Shown here: one piece after another, positions 1-10,894 of the stretch | How positions within the stretch are numbered: position 1 is the stretch's first letter | Layout: every line of letters begins with the position of its first letter | Origin: a virus | Lineage: Duplodnaviria; Caudoviricetes | DNA length: 52,417 bases | Reading direction: 5' to 3' (one strand) | IMG/VR virus record: IMGVR_UViG_3300032232_001029 | Location: 1 to 52,417 of that record | Program-made: the position numbers and the translations under genes | The notes under the pieces: generated by a model | Told to the model about the DNA's origin: nothing | The model's database searches: none | Seen by the model: only the letters and a program-made list of their open reading frames with translations

Positions 1-375
1 GTGTTCGCATTGGGCGTGTACGCCGAAAGGTCAACGCCCGTAATAAATCCGCTCGGATTTGAGGCGGCGTAAAAAGCGCCAGTTTGATCGTTTGTGATGA
101 ACGATCCAGTGTTCGCATTGGGCGTGTACGCCGAAAGGTCAACGCCCGTAATAAATCCGCTCGGATTTGAGGCGGCGTAAAAAGCGCCAGTTTGCGCCGT
201 TGTTATGAACGCCCCAGTATTCGCATTGAGTGCATACGCCGAAAGGTTTACACCGGTAATGTAGCCGCTCGGGTTTGAGGCGGCGTAAAAAGCGCCAGTT
301 TGCACCGTTGTTATGAACGCCCCAGTATTCGCATTGAGCGCATAGGCAGAAAGGTCAACGCCAGTTAAAACTGGA
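1..375. repeat. 108-bp coding tandem repeat (about 3.5 copies visible)
   Basis: GTRTTCGCATTG recurs at 1, 109, 217 and 325. Confidence 0.95.
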
Positions 376-722
376 TTGCCATTTAGCGTTAAACCGTCTA
401 AAAAATTCTTATTTCCGTTGATGCTCTGAGTTCCAGTCGTATAGACCAAATTAGGCGGAACTGGTACGCCTGTATATGAAATAACTATAGAGTTTCTATC
501 ACTATCAATCGCAACGTCGATACCGCTAGCGCCACTCAGGTCTAAAATACCTTGGAGTCCCTCTACGGTAAGCACTCCACTAAGTGTTTTTGAGATCTCA
601 CCAATAAGGCCAGTTAGTTGACCACTTACGGATAGCGGTAAAAAATACCCACTCCCATACTGTCCGACTAGGTCAGTAATATTGGCGTCAAGCTGATTTT
701 TCTTAATTAAACTAATTGGCAT
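1..722 (-). CDS. Virion structural / tail-fibre-like protein with 36-aa tandem repeats (runs off the left edge; not in ORF track)
   Basis: ATG at 722 directly after the portal stop; reads MPISLIKKNQLDANI... then repeats of TGVDLSAYALNANTGAFITTxQTGAFYAASNPSGFI; rich in G/T/S/A. Confidence 0.7.
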   Translation of the reverse strand, partial: MPISLIKKNQLDANITDLVGQYGSGYFLPLSVSGQLTGLIGEISKTLSGVLTVEGLQGILDLSGASGIDVAIDSDRNSIVISYTGVPVPPNLVYTTGTQSINGNKNFLDGLTLNGNPVLTGVDLSAYALNANTGAFITTVQTGAFYAASNPSGYITGVNLSAYALNANTGAFITTAQTGAFYAASNPSGFITGVDLSAYTPNANTGSFITNDQTGAFYAASNPSGFITGVDLSAYTPNAN

Positions 723-726
723 ATAA

Positions 727-2778
727 TTATTCCTCTATCTGGCTGTGCATTAATAATATAGCTGTTTTCATATCAACCCCATGCGTTTCTGAGAGAGTAT
801 TTACTTCATTTAAATTCTCATTAATCTGAACGGGCTGTGTCACATAAGTAGCGATACTTTCCAGCCATTTATCTGGCTTTTCATTTATAGCTATAGTTTC
901 TGCAATTTCTTTTACTATTTCTTTTTGCTCTTTTGCTAATTTCTTTTTGTTGAATTTTTCTTTTAAATAGTTCTCAATACTTCCCTCTAGAAGATCAAAT
1001 CTTGCAAGGTTATTAGATATATCTTGAGCACTTATTTTTCTACCCATACCGCCTGTGGATTTTGGTGTTCCACTATGGCCGGGTGGTCTACCAGTCATAC
1101 CCTTTGTTGCTCCGGTTTTTACGGCAGTAGGTACTTTGGCCTGTTGTCCCAACTTATCCTCACCAGTCTGTGGTATCACCAAATTAGGATTATTAAGAAT
1201 CGGTTGATATAAACCGTCTTCATGGTATTCATGTAGTTTCTTTTGACTCTCAAGACTCTCCTCTGGTAACGGCAACCTACCAGTCTCTAGCGCGGTAATG
1301 CCCTCTTCTGGAGTCAGTACTCCAATCTCAAGTAATCTTGAATATATTCTTGATAGATTAGGATCATCTCTAAAGCTCGCCTGTTTAAATCTAGGTACGG
1401 GCACCGATTTAAATCCCAACTGTTCGCCAATATATTTAATTTCTGGCAATAAAAATTCATTAAGAAATACTTCCCTAGCATGATTTAGTCTCGCTAAAAA
1501 CATCTCAACCTTAGTGGAAGAACTGGCATACTTCTCATCCCCAATTAAAATATTATTTAAACCATTTTTGATGTCCTCATTAACAATTTTGTACTTTTTA
1601 GGATCTAAAATTTTATCAATTTCTGGAATAACAAACTTTGCTTGCGTGGTATAGTCAGTAACTAAGATACGACCAATACTCTCGTTCATGAAAATATTCT
1701 TTAAAGCACCTATTTGCTTTGCAGTGGGCATTCCCACCTCATCATTACCCATGGTAACTAGTAGAATAGCCTGCTGAACCGTACGGCTTATTGCCATATC
1801 AATATTCTTTAATTCTTGTTTCCAGTTGATATCTTGAAGTACCGGAAAACCCATTGGCACACCAAACGGCTCATATGGTTGCTTTTTATAAAAGATAGCC
1901 TTTACACGATCCGGATCCAAATAGAAAACCAAATATGTTTGAGACTGGGCAGTTTTTACGGTTTCCTGTAGCTGTCCAAATTCTTGGATTCTTTTTGCCA
2001 AATCCTTCTCCTCGGCTGTTTTTGGGTTCGTTAAAACCTGCATTTCAAAGTCGTTAAGAACTTTAACATATCTAGGAGATATAAATGATGCCGATCCTAT
2101 TGATTGAATATCTGCAGGGTTAAGTATTATATACCTAATTGGAACTTCCTTTTCCTTGCCAGCAGTAAGTACGTCAGTAATTGCCGCCATATCCTCTTTA
2201 TTAAATATAGCATTTAATTTATACAGAAAAACATTTCCACTACGATAATACTCACGATAGAACTCGTCCTGCAGTCTCCAAAGGTTAACTCTATTGGCCC
2301 ATGCCTCAAAAAACTTTCTCGACTGTGCGTTTCCACCTGTAAAATAAATTTGCGAACAACTAAACTCGGTCATTAGATCAATAGTATTACGGAATACAGA
2401 GAAATTGTAATAACACTTTTGACATAGAATAATCGCATCTCTTATAGAGATATTTGATGTATATTTGCCGCGAGAAGCGCTGTAAATAAATGGAACTACA
2501 CCGCCCTCAATATTTGAGTATCTTTCCGCACGGGTAATAGTAGCTGCACGATTCCTGCGAGTGGACTCCCCATAACCGCCATAATCTAATACGGTATCAT
2601 CAGAGTAACTGGCGCCGCCACCCATGCCGCCAGCATCTGCAACTATCTCTGACGGCGAGTCAAGCTTCACAGCACCTGAAATCAGGCTAGGAGCAACAAA
2701 GGAAGTATTTTTCTTCTTTGCGGAGGCGCTAACCTCCTTCATTCCCGAATCCTCCGTAATTTTGCCTTTTTTTCTCAT
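727..2778 (-). CDS. Portal protein
   Basis: 683 aa, directly downstream of the large terminase; YYRSGNVFLY and EPFGVPMGFPVL segments typical of large-phage portals. Confidence 0.8.
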   Translation of the reverse strand: MRKKGKITEDSGMKEVSASAKKKNTSFVAPSLISGAVKLDSPSEIVADAGGMGGGASYSDDTVLDYGGYGESTRRNRAATITRAERYSNIEGGVVPFIYSASRGKYTSNISIRDAIILCQKCYYNFSVFRNTIDLMTEFSCSQIYFTGGNAQSRKFFEAWANRVNLWRLQDEFYREYYRSGNVFLYKLNAIFNKEDMAAITDVLTAGKEKEVPIRYIILNPADIQSIGSASFISPRYVKVLNDFEMQVLTNPKTAEEKDLAKRIQEFGQLQETVKTAQSQTYLVFYLDPDRVKAIFYKKQPYEPFGVPMGFPVLQDINWKQELKNIDMAISRTVQQAILLVTMGNDEVGMPTAKQIGALKNIFMNESIGRILVTDYTTQAKFVIPEIDKILDPKKYKIVNEDIKNGLNNILIGDEKYASSSTKVEMFLARLNHAREVFLNEFLLPEIKYIGEQLGFKSVPVPRFKQASFRDDPNLSRIYSRLLEIGVLTPEEGITALETGRLPLPEESLESQKKLHEYHEDGLYQPILNNPNLVIPQTGEDKLGQQAKVPTAVKTGATKGMTGRPPGHSGTPKSTGGMGRKISAQDISNNLARFDLLEGSIENYLKEKFNKKKLAKEQKEIVKEIAETIAINEKPDKWLESIATYVTQPVQINENLNEVNTLSETHGVDMKTAILLMHSQIEE

Positions 2779-2814
2779 ACAGTATTATAAATCTTAATTA
2801 CACTTAAATCTGTT

Positions 2815-4716
2815 TTAAATCAACACTGCAACAAATTCTGCATGTTTTTTCTTGAAATTATCTGGTGCCATTATATCAAAATAACACTTTACACCCCAAT
2901 TTCCTAACATTAGAGTTGTATAATTATCTTTTCTTGCCCTGTTAACGCTAGTGGACTTTCTTAGATGGGAAGGTAGATCAAAGCTTTGCGTTCCTCTAGA
3001 TGTGCTAGTAACTTCAACATTTGCACACTGGTCCTTAGTATCTTTAATAATAAAATCCTGTTGCTCTATAAAATCACGAACTGTAAGTTTTTTTGTTTCA
3101 TATTCATTATCCGCCTTGTCCCCAATACCCTTAGGGTATACACAGTCCATAGGCAGATTCATGGTAAACATATTCTCTAAAATGTCCGGATGATTACTTG
3201 CTCTAGATGCAAACCAAATTTTTTTATGATCAATACAGGTTTGTAAATAAGAGTTAGCCCTACCAAGGAATGCCGAAGTAAAGTACTGTTTAATACATAT
3301 AGTACCCAAGTCTGTATTATATTGCTTAGCGCAATCCTTCACCATATTCATATAGTCCTCATTTTCCTTATCTGAATCAAAATCAATAAAACCAATTTTC
3401 TTATTCATTCCCTTGAAAAATTCCGAGTGATTTACGGCGTCCATAAACGTATCCGCACCGGCATGATCAATTACCATAAATACTATATTGAAATTCTTGA
3501 ATAAATAATACATATACTTAATATGATCCTGTAACGAAGACCCAGCAACCTGATAACCATGCACTAATATTCCCTGTCTCTTTTCCTCGTCAAGCTCAAT
3601 TAGGCTCATTGCAAAATAATCGGCACTACGGGACGATGAGAAGTTAGGATCAACTGCGAGAACATATTTCTTCCCTTCTTCTCCCACTATTTTCGTGGTA
3701 GGGTATTCTCCATCTGGGATCGTACACAGGTGCATTTTCTTTGGCGAGAAATAACTATCGCCACCATCAATAAATCTAGCCGCATACTCTCGAAGAAAGG
3801 AGTTATGCGAGCTACCGCCGTTTTTAGCTAACTGGATTGCCGCCTGATCTACCATGTGATTAGGTAATGCCTCATATCCCAACTGTGATATGAAGTAGGT
3901 GCCGGGCAGTTCCCCTTCTTTAGACTCCTGATCTTCTGGATGCTCTATAAGATGTGCCCACTGTTGGTGAACCTGAAATAGATGTTCAAATGTATAACTT
4001 GCAGAACTTAGTGCTAACATCTGTGAAGTATTCTCAAATATCTGTCTATTGTCCGGATGTAACATTCCCTTGCTAATCAATTCTTCCTCTAGTTTTCTTG
4101 TTCTAATACGGTCTCCCACATCTCTTGGGGAACTCAAGAAAGGCATTAGTACGTTATCAATAATATCTGGAGGTAATAATAAAAACTCGTCAAGAATCAG
4201 TACGTTAGCACGGATACCACGAATTTTTTCCCCCGTTAATGGAATCGCCGTAATACTTCCACCGTTAATTAGCCACTCATACTGATCATTACGCTTCATC
4301 TTGTCACCGAAACATTGTCTAAATAATCCCGCTTCAGGACTGGCTAAAAACTTTTCAATTTCATTAAACATTCTTCTGGCAGTACGAAAGTTAATAGAAG
4401 CTATTAGTATTTTTGTACCCGGCTCAAATATACATTTCAATATACAATAAATCGCCGCACAAAAGCTTTTAGCACAACCGCGACCCCATACTAACATACA
4501 ATAATTACGATTAAAAAATGATTTAATAGTCAATTCTTGGTATGACTCTAACGTTATCCCTAGTCCTAGCTCTGTTGCGAATCCTAAGTTATGTCTTAAA
4601 AATTTAGCCAGAGTTACCCTCGCCTCTACATCGGAAAGCTCCCCTTTGAGATCAAGGAGTTCCTTGTTCATGTCTATAATAGCCCTACTATTCTGGGTGC
4701 CAGTTATTAAAGCCAC
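2815..4716 (-). CDS. terL: Terminase large subunit
   Basis: Walker A-like GRGCAKS, IRGIRANVLILDEF Walker B, C-terminal RNase H-like nuclease (LAVDP...ADYFA...KDNYT). Confidence 0.92.
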   Translation of the reverse strand: MALITGTQNSRAIIDMNKELLDLKGELSDVEARVTLAKFLRHNLGFATELGLGITLESYQELTIKSFFNRNYCMLVWGRGCAKSFCAAIYCILKCIFEPGTKILIASINFRTARRMFNEIEKFLASPEAGLFRQCFGDKMKRNDQYEWLINGGSITAIPLTGEKIRGIRANVLILDEFLLLPPDIIDNVLMPFLSSPRDVGDRIRTRKLEEELISKGMLHPDNRQIFENTSQMLALSSASYTFEHLFQVHQQWAHLIEHPEDQESKEGELPGTYFISQLGYEALPNHMVDQAAIQLAKNGGSSHNSFLREYAARFIDGGDSYFSPKKMHLCTIPDGEYPTTKIVGEEGKKYVLAVDPNFSSSRSADYFAMSLIELDEEKRQGILVHGYQVAGSSLQDHIKYMYYLFKNFNIVFMVIDHAGADTFMDAVNHSEFFKGMNKKIGFIDFDSDKENEDYMNMVKDCAKQYNTDLGTICIKQYFTSAFLGRANSYLQTCIDHKKIWFASRASNHPDILENMFTMNLPMDCVYPKGIGDKADNEYETKKLTVRDFIEQQDFIIKDTKDQCANVEVTSTSRGTQSFDLPSHLRKSTSVNRARKDNYTTLMLGNWGVKCYFDIMAPDNFKKKHAEFVAVLI

Positions 4717-5651
4717 GAGAAGCCCTCCTGTTCAAACCAGTATTCTAAATCTATTGTCCTTACCTTGTCCGCCATCTCCAAGATAAATAAAGTTTTCTTT
4801 GCGGATTCTGCCTTACCATCGGCAAATACAAATTGTATATTATCAAACTCCCTGCACAATTGTCTCATGTGATGCATTATATACTCCCCCGAGCACAAAC
4901 CAAATTTTCTTTTTGCATATAGTGCCGTTTTTAACTGACACTCAGTTAATACTACAATATAAACACCATCTTCTGCAGCTCTTTGTATTTCTCTCTTAAA
5001 ACGGTCAAAACCATTGCTCAGGGTAGAGTAAAAGTCACTTAGGCTCTTTCTTTCCACGACAACCTTACTATCTATAGATTTAGCATAGTCTCCACAGTCT
5101 AATTTGGATGATATAATATTCAATCCCGCGAACTTTAGGGGTAACTGTTCCCTAGTATCAATAACTATATCTGTATCGTTATATTTAATAAAATCATTTT
5201 GAGTATGTTTAATATTATAATTAAAATGACTTTTTAAACCAATAGACTGGCATATTTTATCAAACACTTCCCCACAGCAGTACTCAAACGTATCTGCCTT
5301 GGGTAAACAAGATATTGTTTTTAGTTCTGACTGACTAGGCGCTTTGGCCAATTGCTTTATCCAGCAATATTGTTTAAGTTTGTTTTTTAAATACTCACAG
5401 GCAGTCTGCTTATCGACAGACTGTAGCCATAATTTCATATTTCTCTTGTCAATAAAGTCAGTAAGAAAATACTGTTCAATTGATTTATATTTAATCAGCG
5501 CCTTGGTATGTAAATCTTTTTTATCAAAATTTGCTACAAAGTATTTATCAGCAACTTGTTGGTGTGATTTTATATGACTTAAAATTTGACTCTGAGAGTT
5601 GAATTGCGTCCCGCATACTTTGCATTTTAGATATTTATCGTACTCATTCAT
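4707..5651 (-). CDS. C2H2 zinc finger + ERCC4/XPF-type nuclease domain protein
   Basis: CKVC...HIKSH at the N-terminus; IVIDTREQ, GDY and VVERKSLSDF ERCC4 motifs. Confidence 0.85.
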   Translation of the reverse strand: MNEYDKYLKCKVCGTQFNSQSQILSHIKSHQQVADKYFVANFDKKDLHTKALIKYKSIEQYFLTDFIDKRNMKLWLQSVDKQTACEYLKNKLKQYCWIKQLAKAPSQSELKTISCLPKADTFEYCCGEVFDKICQSIGLKSHFNYNIKHTQNDFIKYNDTDIVIDTREQLPLKFAGLNIISSKLDCGDYAKSIDSKVVVERKSLSDFYSTLSNGFDRFKREIQRAAEDGVYIVVLTECQLKTALYAKRKFGLCSGEYIMHHMRQLCREFDNIQFVFADGKAESAKKTLFILEMADKVRTIDLEYWFEQEGFSWL

Positions 5652-5656
5652 ATATT

Positions 5657-6796
5657 TTAGCCATGAACCATCTCATCTATATTAATACCACGAATAACTG
5701 CTTTTAATTCGTCCATAGAAGATAGTTTTCTAGCTTCTTCATGAAGATTTTTCTTCTGTGCCTCAGCGAGCGCAATAATACCCTTCCTTCGATCCTCATC
5801 TTTCCATGCTTGAACTAAATTTAATATGCTTGCATTCTCGTCCTGTCTTTGGGCTATTCTTTTTGAGCGGTCATCGACAAGTGATTTATAAAGCTTTTGC
5901 TGTCTCGCGCGGCACTGATTATACTCTGTTTGTAGATTACTAATGGCTTCGTTAAGTTGCATTTTAATATTCCTGCCTTCACCGTCACTAGTGCTATTAC
6001 GCAACATATCACGAAGATCTTCAACCTGCTGAAGGATAGTAGCCGCAGTGACTACCTCGGTACATAAAACAATAAACTGGTCTAATTCCTCTTGACTAAG
6101 ATCTGGTTTATCATACATGTATCGTATAAAAGAATCTTCAAATAACTGTCTATCATTATTTGTTTTATAAGTATTAATCTGATAACAAAAACTAAAAGTA
6201 TTTAAATATCTTTGCAGCATGTCAACCATCTTCTGTTGGGAAGCTTTTAATGTATCCGCAGACCACCCTATGTTTAGATATTTGTTTATTCTGAACACTG
6301 TCTGATCTGTTCTCCTTGGTGGAAAATACGCCCCTGAAGTTGAGTCCGCACCCCTATCTGAAGGTACATACATGGTATTATCTAGTAATTCCTTCGGGGA
6401 ATCCGGATCATTCTTTTGCAACTCTTGCACATAAGCATTGACCTCGCGACATTCTAAGGTTACATGCGTTAATCTATCATTATTAAATAATGCCTTGGCC
6501 AAATCAACATAGTTCTGTTCTTTGTAATTATTCTTAACAAATTCCCTTTGCTCTTCAGTTAAAATAACTCTCTCTCTTTGGGTTACGCTTTTATTTCTAT
6601 ATTCAATCTTATTATCCAAGAGGAACTGCTTGACCAAACGCCCCTCCTTACTCCTACTATCTATCTTCTCATCGTTATATGCATAAGAAGTTATTTCAGT
6701 CAAAGTCGCGTCCGGATTAATAATTAAATAATCACGTATTCTTTGCTGCTGTTCATCGTATAGAATAGCTTCGACTTTTTCTATTTCTTTTGTCAT
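5657..6796 (-). CDS. Hypothetical protein with C-terminal coiled coil (packaging-module neighbour)
   Basis: 379-aa ORF overlapping the upstream gene by 4 nt; no motif recognised. Confidence 0.6.
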   Translation of the reverse strand: MTKEIEKVEAILYDEQQQRIRDYLIINPDATLTEITSYAYNDEKIDSRSKEGRLVKQFLLDNKIEYRNKSVTQRERVILTEEQREFVKNNYKEQNYVDLAKALFNNDRLTHVTLECREVNAYVQELQKNDPDSPKELLDNTMYVPSDRGADSTSGAYFPPRRTDQTVFRINKYLNIGWSADTLKASQQKMVDMLQRYLNTFSFCYQINTYKTNNDRQLFEDSFIRYMYDKPDLSQEELDQFIVLCTEVVTAATILQQVEDLRDMLRNSTSDGEGRNIKMQLNEAISNLQTEYNQCRARQQKLYKSLVDDRSKRIAQRQDENASILNLVQAWKDEDRRKGIIALAEAQKKNLHEEARKLSSMDELKAVIRGINIDEMVHG

Positions 6797-7491
6797 AGTA
6801 TCTCCTTGACCAATACTCTCGCTTTCTGTAAAATTTTAGATTTAATTTTACTTATCTGTCGGTAGGCCGGACGCCCATCCTTGTAGCTAAGTTTATATCC
6901 CATTTTCTTTGCTATCTCTGCCTCCTCAAGATTGCACAGGAACATATACTCATAAACCTTCCACTCTATTGTAGATAGGTTCTTTTTCATTACGTCATTA
7001 AAGATGGGTATGATATGCTCAATATCAATCGTTGTTTCTTTTGACTGTAGTACCGACTCCAAAGTGGTCTCGGGATTTTGAGAGTTAGGGCTGTTCATGC
7101 TTACTGGGAACTTTATATCATACGCTGATTTTTTTGTTTTTTCCCATTTTGCATAGTCACGACATCCGCCATTTTGAGTTCCATATACGGAACATCCATA
7201 TTCACCAGTATTGAATTTGCATTTCAAACAGGGTCTAGAAAAATTAGAATAGTGGTTTCTAAGCATGTTGGTAATCTGGTGATTAATAACTTGATTTAGC
7301 CAAGGTCTTAATGGTCGCACATTATCCCATTTATCCCATTTGTTAAAAATATGTATACGTAATCGTTGAGATACGTCCTGAAAATCCATCCATGAAATAG
7401 CCGTTAAATGCCATCTGGATTTACGTTTAATTATTTCTTCATCTATAATATCAATAGACTGCTCAAAACTAGGCCTTGATTGTATTGTCAC
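6793..7491 (-). CDS. RNA polymerase sigma-factor-like protein (candidate late sigma)
   Basis: Region-2-like DFQDVSQRLRIHIFNKW...PWLNQVINHQITNMLR; region-4-like HTH EAEIAKKMG; Cys-rich insert. Confidence 0.65.
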   Translation of the reverse strand: MTIQSRPSFEQSIDIIDEEIIKRKSRWHLTAISWMDFQDVSQRLRIHIFNKWDKWDNVRPLRPWLNQVINHQITNMLRNHYSNFSRPCLKCKFNTGEYGCSVYGTQNGGCRDYAKWEKTKKSAYDIKFPVSMNSPNSQNPETTLESVLQSKETTIDIEHIIPIFNDVMKKNLSTIEWKVYEYMFLCNLEEAEIAKKMGYKLSYKDGRPAYRQISKIKSKILQKARVLVKEIL

Positions 7492-7496
7492 ACAGT

Positions 7497-8066
7497 TTAG
7501 TCCTGCTGGCTACGAAGGCTTCCGGCTTCTCTCTTAAATTCTTCAAGAATAGAGTCTGGGGTAAGGTTTGACTGCGAGGCTTGGCCACGAAGTTCATTAC
7601 TTTCCCTAGGGTCTGCAGATTTATAGTTACTAGCATGGCCTTGAGTTAGTAGACTCTCAAAAGATTCCGAATTACTACCAAATGATTGTATTTTAAATTT
7701 TGGTTTTATCCTGTGAAACTTGCTGGTATCAATATAATGGTCATCATCATTTTCATTTGTGATATTCGCGCCATCAGCATCATACTCCTCATCGTCACTA
7801 TATACCTCAGTATGACCCTCGTTAATTAATTTAAACGAGGCACGAGCCGGATTTGGATAATTCTTTGGCTCAGGTTTTGGCTGGGGAACAAATTTTGGAG
7901 TATTAACTTCGTACTTATCCTTGGCCTTCTCTAGAGCCTGATCATGTACAGACTTATCCTTTTGTTTAGTAACCACGCTAAAATCCTCCCCACACTGCGA
8001 GCAGAACTTTGGGGGTGTTAGGGCGTATATAGTGGGCTTACCACATATTGAGCAGAAATGTTTCAT
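7497..8066 (-). CDS. Zinc-ribbon protein
   Basis: N-terminal CSICG...FCSQCG. Confidence 0.65.
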   Translation of the reverse strand: MKHFCSICGKPTIYALTPPKFCSQCGEDFSVVTKQKDKSVHDQALEKAKDKYEVNTPKFVPQPKPEPKNYPNPARASFKLINEGHTEVYSDDEEYDADGANITNENDDDHYIDTSKFHRIKPKFKIQSFGSNSESFESLLTQGHASNYKSADPRESNELRGQASQSNLTPDSILEEFKREAGSLRSQQD

Positions 8067-8166
8067 AATTTTTTTAGATACACTTATTATTAGTTAATTA
8101 CACAGAAAATTCCAATTTCTCTTTAGCATAACGTTATATATATCCCGTAGTGTAATTAGTACTAGT

Positions 8167-8766
8167 ATGCAATCAGTGAAAAACACTAAACTTTATAGCA
8201 TAATTAAAAAAGACTTAAAGGCATACGATGGTAAAATATTATTATTTAAAGGAGAGTATTGTGGCGGTAATGACAGATGCTACGGAATGTTTGAATTTAA
8301 TTTTAAAGATAATCCCGTTATCAAGGTAGCCGTAGGTAATAAATCTACAGAAAGATGGTTTGGAGTATTAATCCATGAATATTGTCACTTCTTACAGTGG
8401 AAAGAACAGAGTAAGATTTGGAAAGACTTCGAGGAGTCAAACTTTAATATAGAAGATATCATTAAGTCTCCTAAAAAGTATAAGAAAGAAATCTTATTAT
8501 TACTAAGACTTGAGGCAGACTGTGAGAGAAGGGTAGTTAATTTAATAAAAACCCATCAATTGTTTGATGCAACTGAGTATATACAGGAAGCCAATGCTGT
8601 ACTATATAAATATGGTTTTCTGTACACGGACCACTTTTGGCCCAAGACGGGATCAGAAGTGAAGAATTGTGAAGAGATGTGCCCCGAGAAGATTCATAGG
8701 TCTTACCTTAAATATCTCGAGGCACCAGAAGCAGTATATGATATATTTGCTAATTCACGACCTTAA
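8167..8766 (+). CDS. Putative zincin metallopeptidase-like protein
   Basis: HEYCH (HExxH) motif followed by LEADCE. Confidence 0.6.
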   Translation: MQSVKNTKLYSIIKKDLKAYDGKILLFKGEYCGGNDRCYGMFEFNFKDNPVIKVAVGNKSTERWFGVLIHEYCHFLQWKEQSKIWKDFEESNFNIEDIIKSPKKYKKEILLLLRLEADCERRVVNLIKTHQLFDATEYIQEANAVLYKYGFLYTDHFWPKTGSEVKNCEEMCPEKIHRSYLKYLEAPEAVYDIFANSRP

Positions 8767-9505
8767 GTCTCATATTTTCAAACGTCTCAATGATATAGGA
8801 TAAGATCTCAGATCTTACGATATCCTCCTTAGTAAATTCAAAAGTATGAATGCCATTATCCTTTGCTTGCTCGGTATTAAAAGAATTATATACACGATTA
8901 AACCCACTCTGCTTAATATCTGACTGTTGTTCGTCACCAATAATAAATAGATTGGAGAAATTAGCCATACGGCTCATTACTAGCAAGAAATCTTCCACTC
9001 TACAGTTTTGGGCCTCATCCATGATAAAAGAAGCGTTTGAAATATTCAGTCCGCGAAGAAAACCTAGGGGTAACCCTTTAATGCGATCATCGGCCATTAG
9101 AGCCCTAACCTGAGGCTCTGGCAGTAGCTCGTGAAGCTTATCAACCAAAGGCTGTATATACGGAGACATCTTTTCATCGGTTGTTCCCTTGATATAGCCG
9201 ATACCATGAATTGAGCTTTCCACTGGAACTCTACTATAGTAAATTTCAGCAGATTTCTTTTCATTTATTTTCTTAAGAGCGCAATATACGGCAAGGAGAG
9301 TTTTAGCTGTTCCCGCCACTCCCTTAACTATCATTACTTTGGTATTTTTATCAAGTGCTAGCTCGAAGAACTTTTTTTGTTTATCTGTCCAAGGCAGCTC
9401 TCTTAATGTTAACTGAATAGTAGTCTTAGTACGTTTCTTATCAACATATGGAGAGGTGTCTTTTGTTGGAGTTGCTTTGGTTGGAGTTTTTTTCTTGTGA
9501 CTCAT
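8750..9505 (-). CDS. phoH: PhoH-like ATPase
   Basis: GVAGTAKT, GYIKGT..EKM.PY, FLRGLN, IMDEAQN, IIGDEQQSD motifs. Confidence 0.93.
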   Translation of the reverse strand: MSHKKKTPTKATPTKDTSPYVDKKRTKTTIQLTLRELPWTDKQKKFFELALDKNTKVMIVKGVAGTAKTLLAVYCALKKINEKKSAEIYYSRVPVESSIHGIGYIKGTTDEKMSPYIQPLVDKLHELLPEPQVRALMADDRIKGLPLGFLRGLNISNASFIMDEAQNCRVEDFLLVMSRMANFSNLFIIGDEQQSDIKQSGFNRVYNSFNTEQAKDNGIHTFEFTKEDIVRSEILSYIIETFENMRLKVVN

Positions 9506-9633
9506 AAAATTAAAAAATTAGTTTCCCAATAGGAAAGTTTTTGGTGAAGAGGATAAAAATCCATTGGCAACAAACTTGGTTACCTGCACTCTGCACCTGC
9601 TTTGAACTATAGTGTATTTCACTATGAGTATAC

Positions 9634-10311
9634 TTACACCCTATGTGTCTCTATTCTACCTAATTTATCTATAGTAATGTAATAACACTCCGCATAAGTA
9701 AAGCACCCAGTATTTGCATATGTAATACCATCTATAGTATCAATTTCTGCATGATGAACATGAGAACAAATAATATTTTTAACATTCTGGTTTCTTGCCC
9801 ACTTAATGGCATTATTCTTTACTCTCTTTGTTGCATGTATCCAATTCTTCGATCTCTTTTTTAAAAATCTAGGGATCCTCTGTTGTTTTGGATCTATTGC
9901 TTGAAGCCAGTAATAAAGACCACTAGCGATATTTGTAATAAGTGGATGATCACCAATAAAGCTATCAAATTGGTCTCCATGTGTTATAATAAAATTATTA
10001 TCATTCACATTACATGTAACCTCATATCCGTGGGTATACCCAAGAAAATCTGCCAGTAATTTACTAACATCCGCATCATGGTTACCAGTGTTCCAATAGC
10101 AGTTCCTTTCTTTAGTTTGTTTTCTGAAGAGAGATAGAATATTCCAATCTTTTTTTGTTAATTTTTTAGTATGATTAACATCTATTACGTCCCCATTTAA
10201 TATAAGATTTTTAGATTTTACATTTTTTATTACATGCTCTAGCTTATCGTGCTGGCAAACCAGACTAGTCATATGTATATCAGATACTATTAGGTATTCG
10301 TATTCTTTCAC
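9634..10311 (-). CDS. Calcineurin-like metallophosphoesterase (LpxH-like)
   Basis: SDIH, NGDVID, GNHD, THGD, SHVH and NTG motifs. Confidence 0.88.
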   Translation of the reverse strand: MKEYEYLIVSDIHMTSLVCQHDKLEHVIKNVKSKNLILNGDVIDVNHTKKLTKKDWNILSLFRKQTKERNCYWNTGNHDADVSKLLADFLGYTHGYEVTCNVNDNNFIITHGDQFDSFIGDHPLITNIASGLYYWLQAIDPKQQRIPRFLKKRSKNWIHATKRVKNNAIKWARNQNVKNIICSHVHHAEIDTIDGITYANTGCFTYAECYYITIDKLGRIETHRV

Positions 10312-10377
10312 TTGATATAATATGAATTTTTTTTGAACATTTCAATAAAATTTGTGTCTTATCTAACTGTAACAATT

Positions 10378-10884
10378 ATGAATACATCAAATACACTAAG
10401 TTCTTTAATGAACATCTCACTAATCCCCAAGAAGAGTAGCGCGGCTTGCTATCTAGATTTAACCTCGCCTCCAAACTATACAGGTAAGAATTATAATGTT
10501 GGCAAGACACATCTTGACGCGTTTTGGCCGATTGACTTATGGGCAAGCAAATGGCCGGGCCTACTAGAACAGTTCGATGCTATTTCGAGCCCACAGTTCA
10601 GCCTAGAGCGGCTTAATCCTTGGAAGGAGGATGGAGATAAGTTTCAATATGAGACAGAATTACCGAGATTCAAGGTCTCTAGTCTAGATATTAATACAGA
10701 GAACGGCTTATTGCATATCAAGGCAGAGCAGGACAGTCTCAAATATTATAATAGTATTAATCTGCCCAAGAATGCGGACATTGAAACAATCGACGCAAAA
10801 CTAGATCATGGAGTACTATATATCTCTATTTCAAAACTCGCCGCCGCAAAGAGCAAAAAAATAAAGGTACAGACGGTTAAGTAA
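10378..10884 (+). CDS. Small heat-shock protein (Hsp20/alpha-crystallin)
   Basis: C-terminal LPKNAD..IDAKLDHGVLYISI and KKIKV; ATG start at 10378 preferred to TTG at 10333. Confidence 0.85.
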   Translation: MNTSNTLSSLMNISLIPKKSSAACYLDLTSPPNYTGKNYNVGKTHLDAFWPIDLWASKWPGLLEQFDAISSPQFSLERLNPWKEDGDKFQYETELPRFKVSSLDINTENGLLHIKAEQDSLKYYNSINLPKNADIETIDAKLDHGVLYISISKLAAAKSKKIKVQTVK

Positions 10885-10894
10885 TTTTTTATAT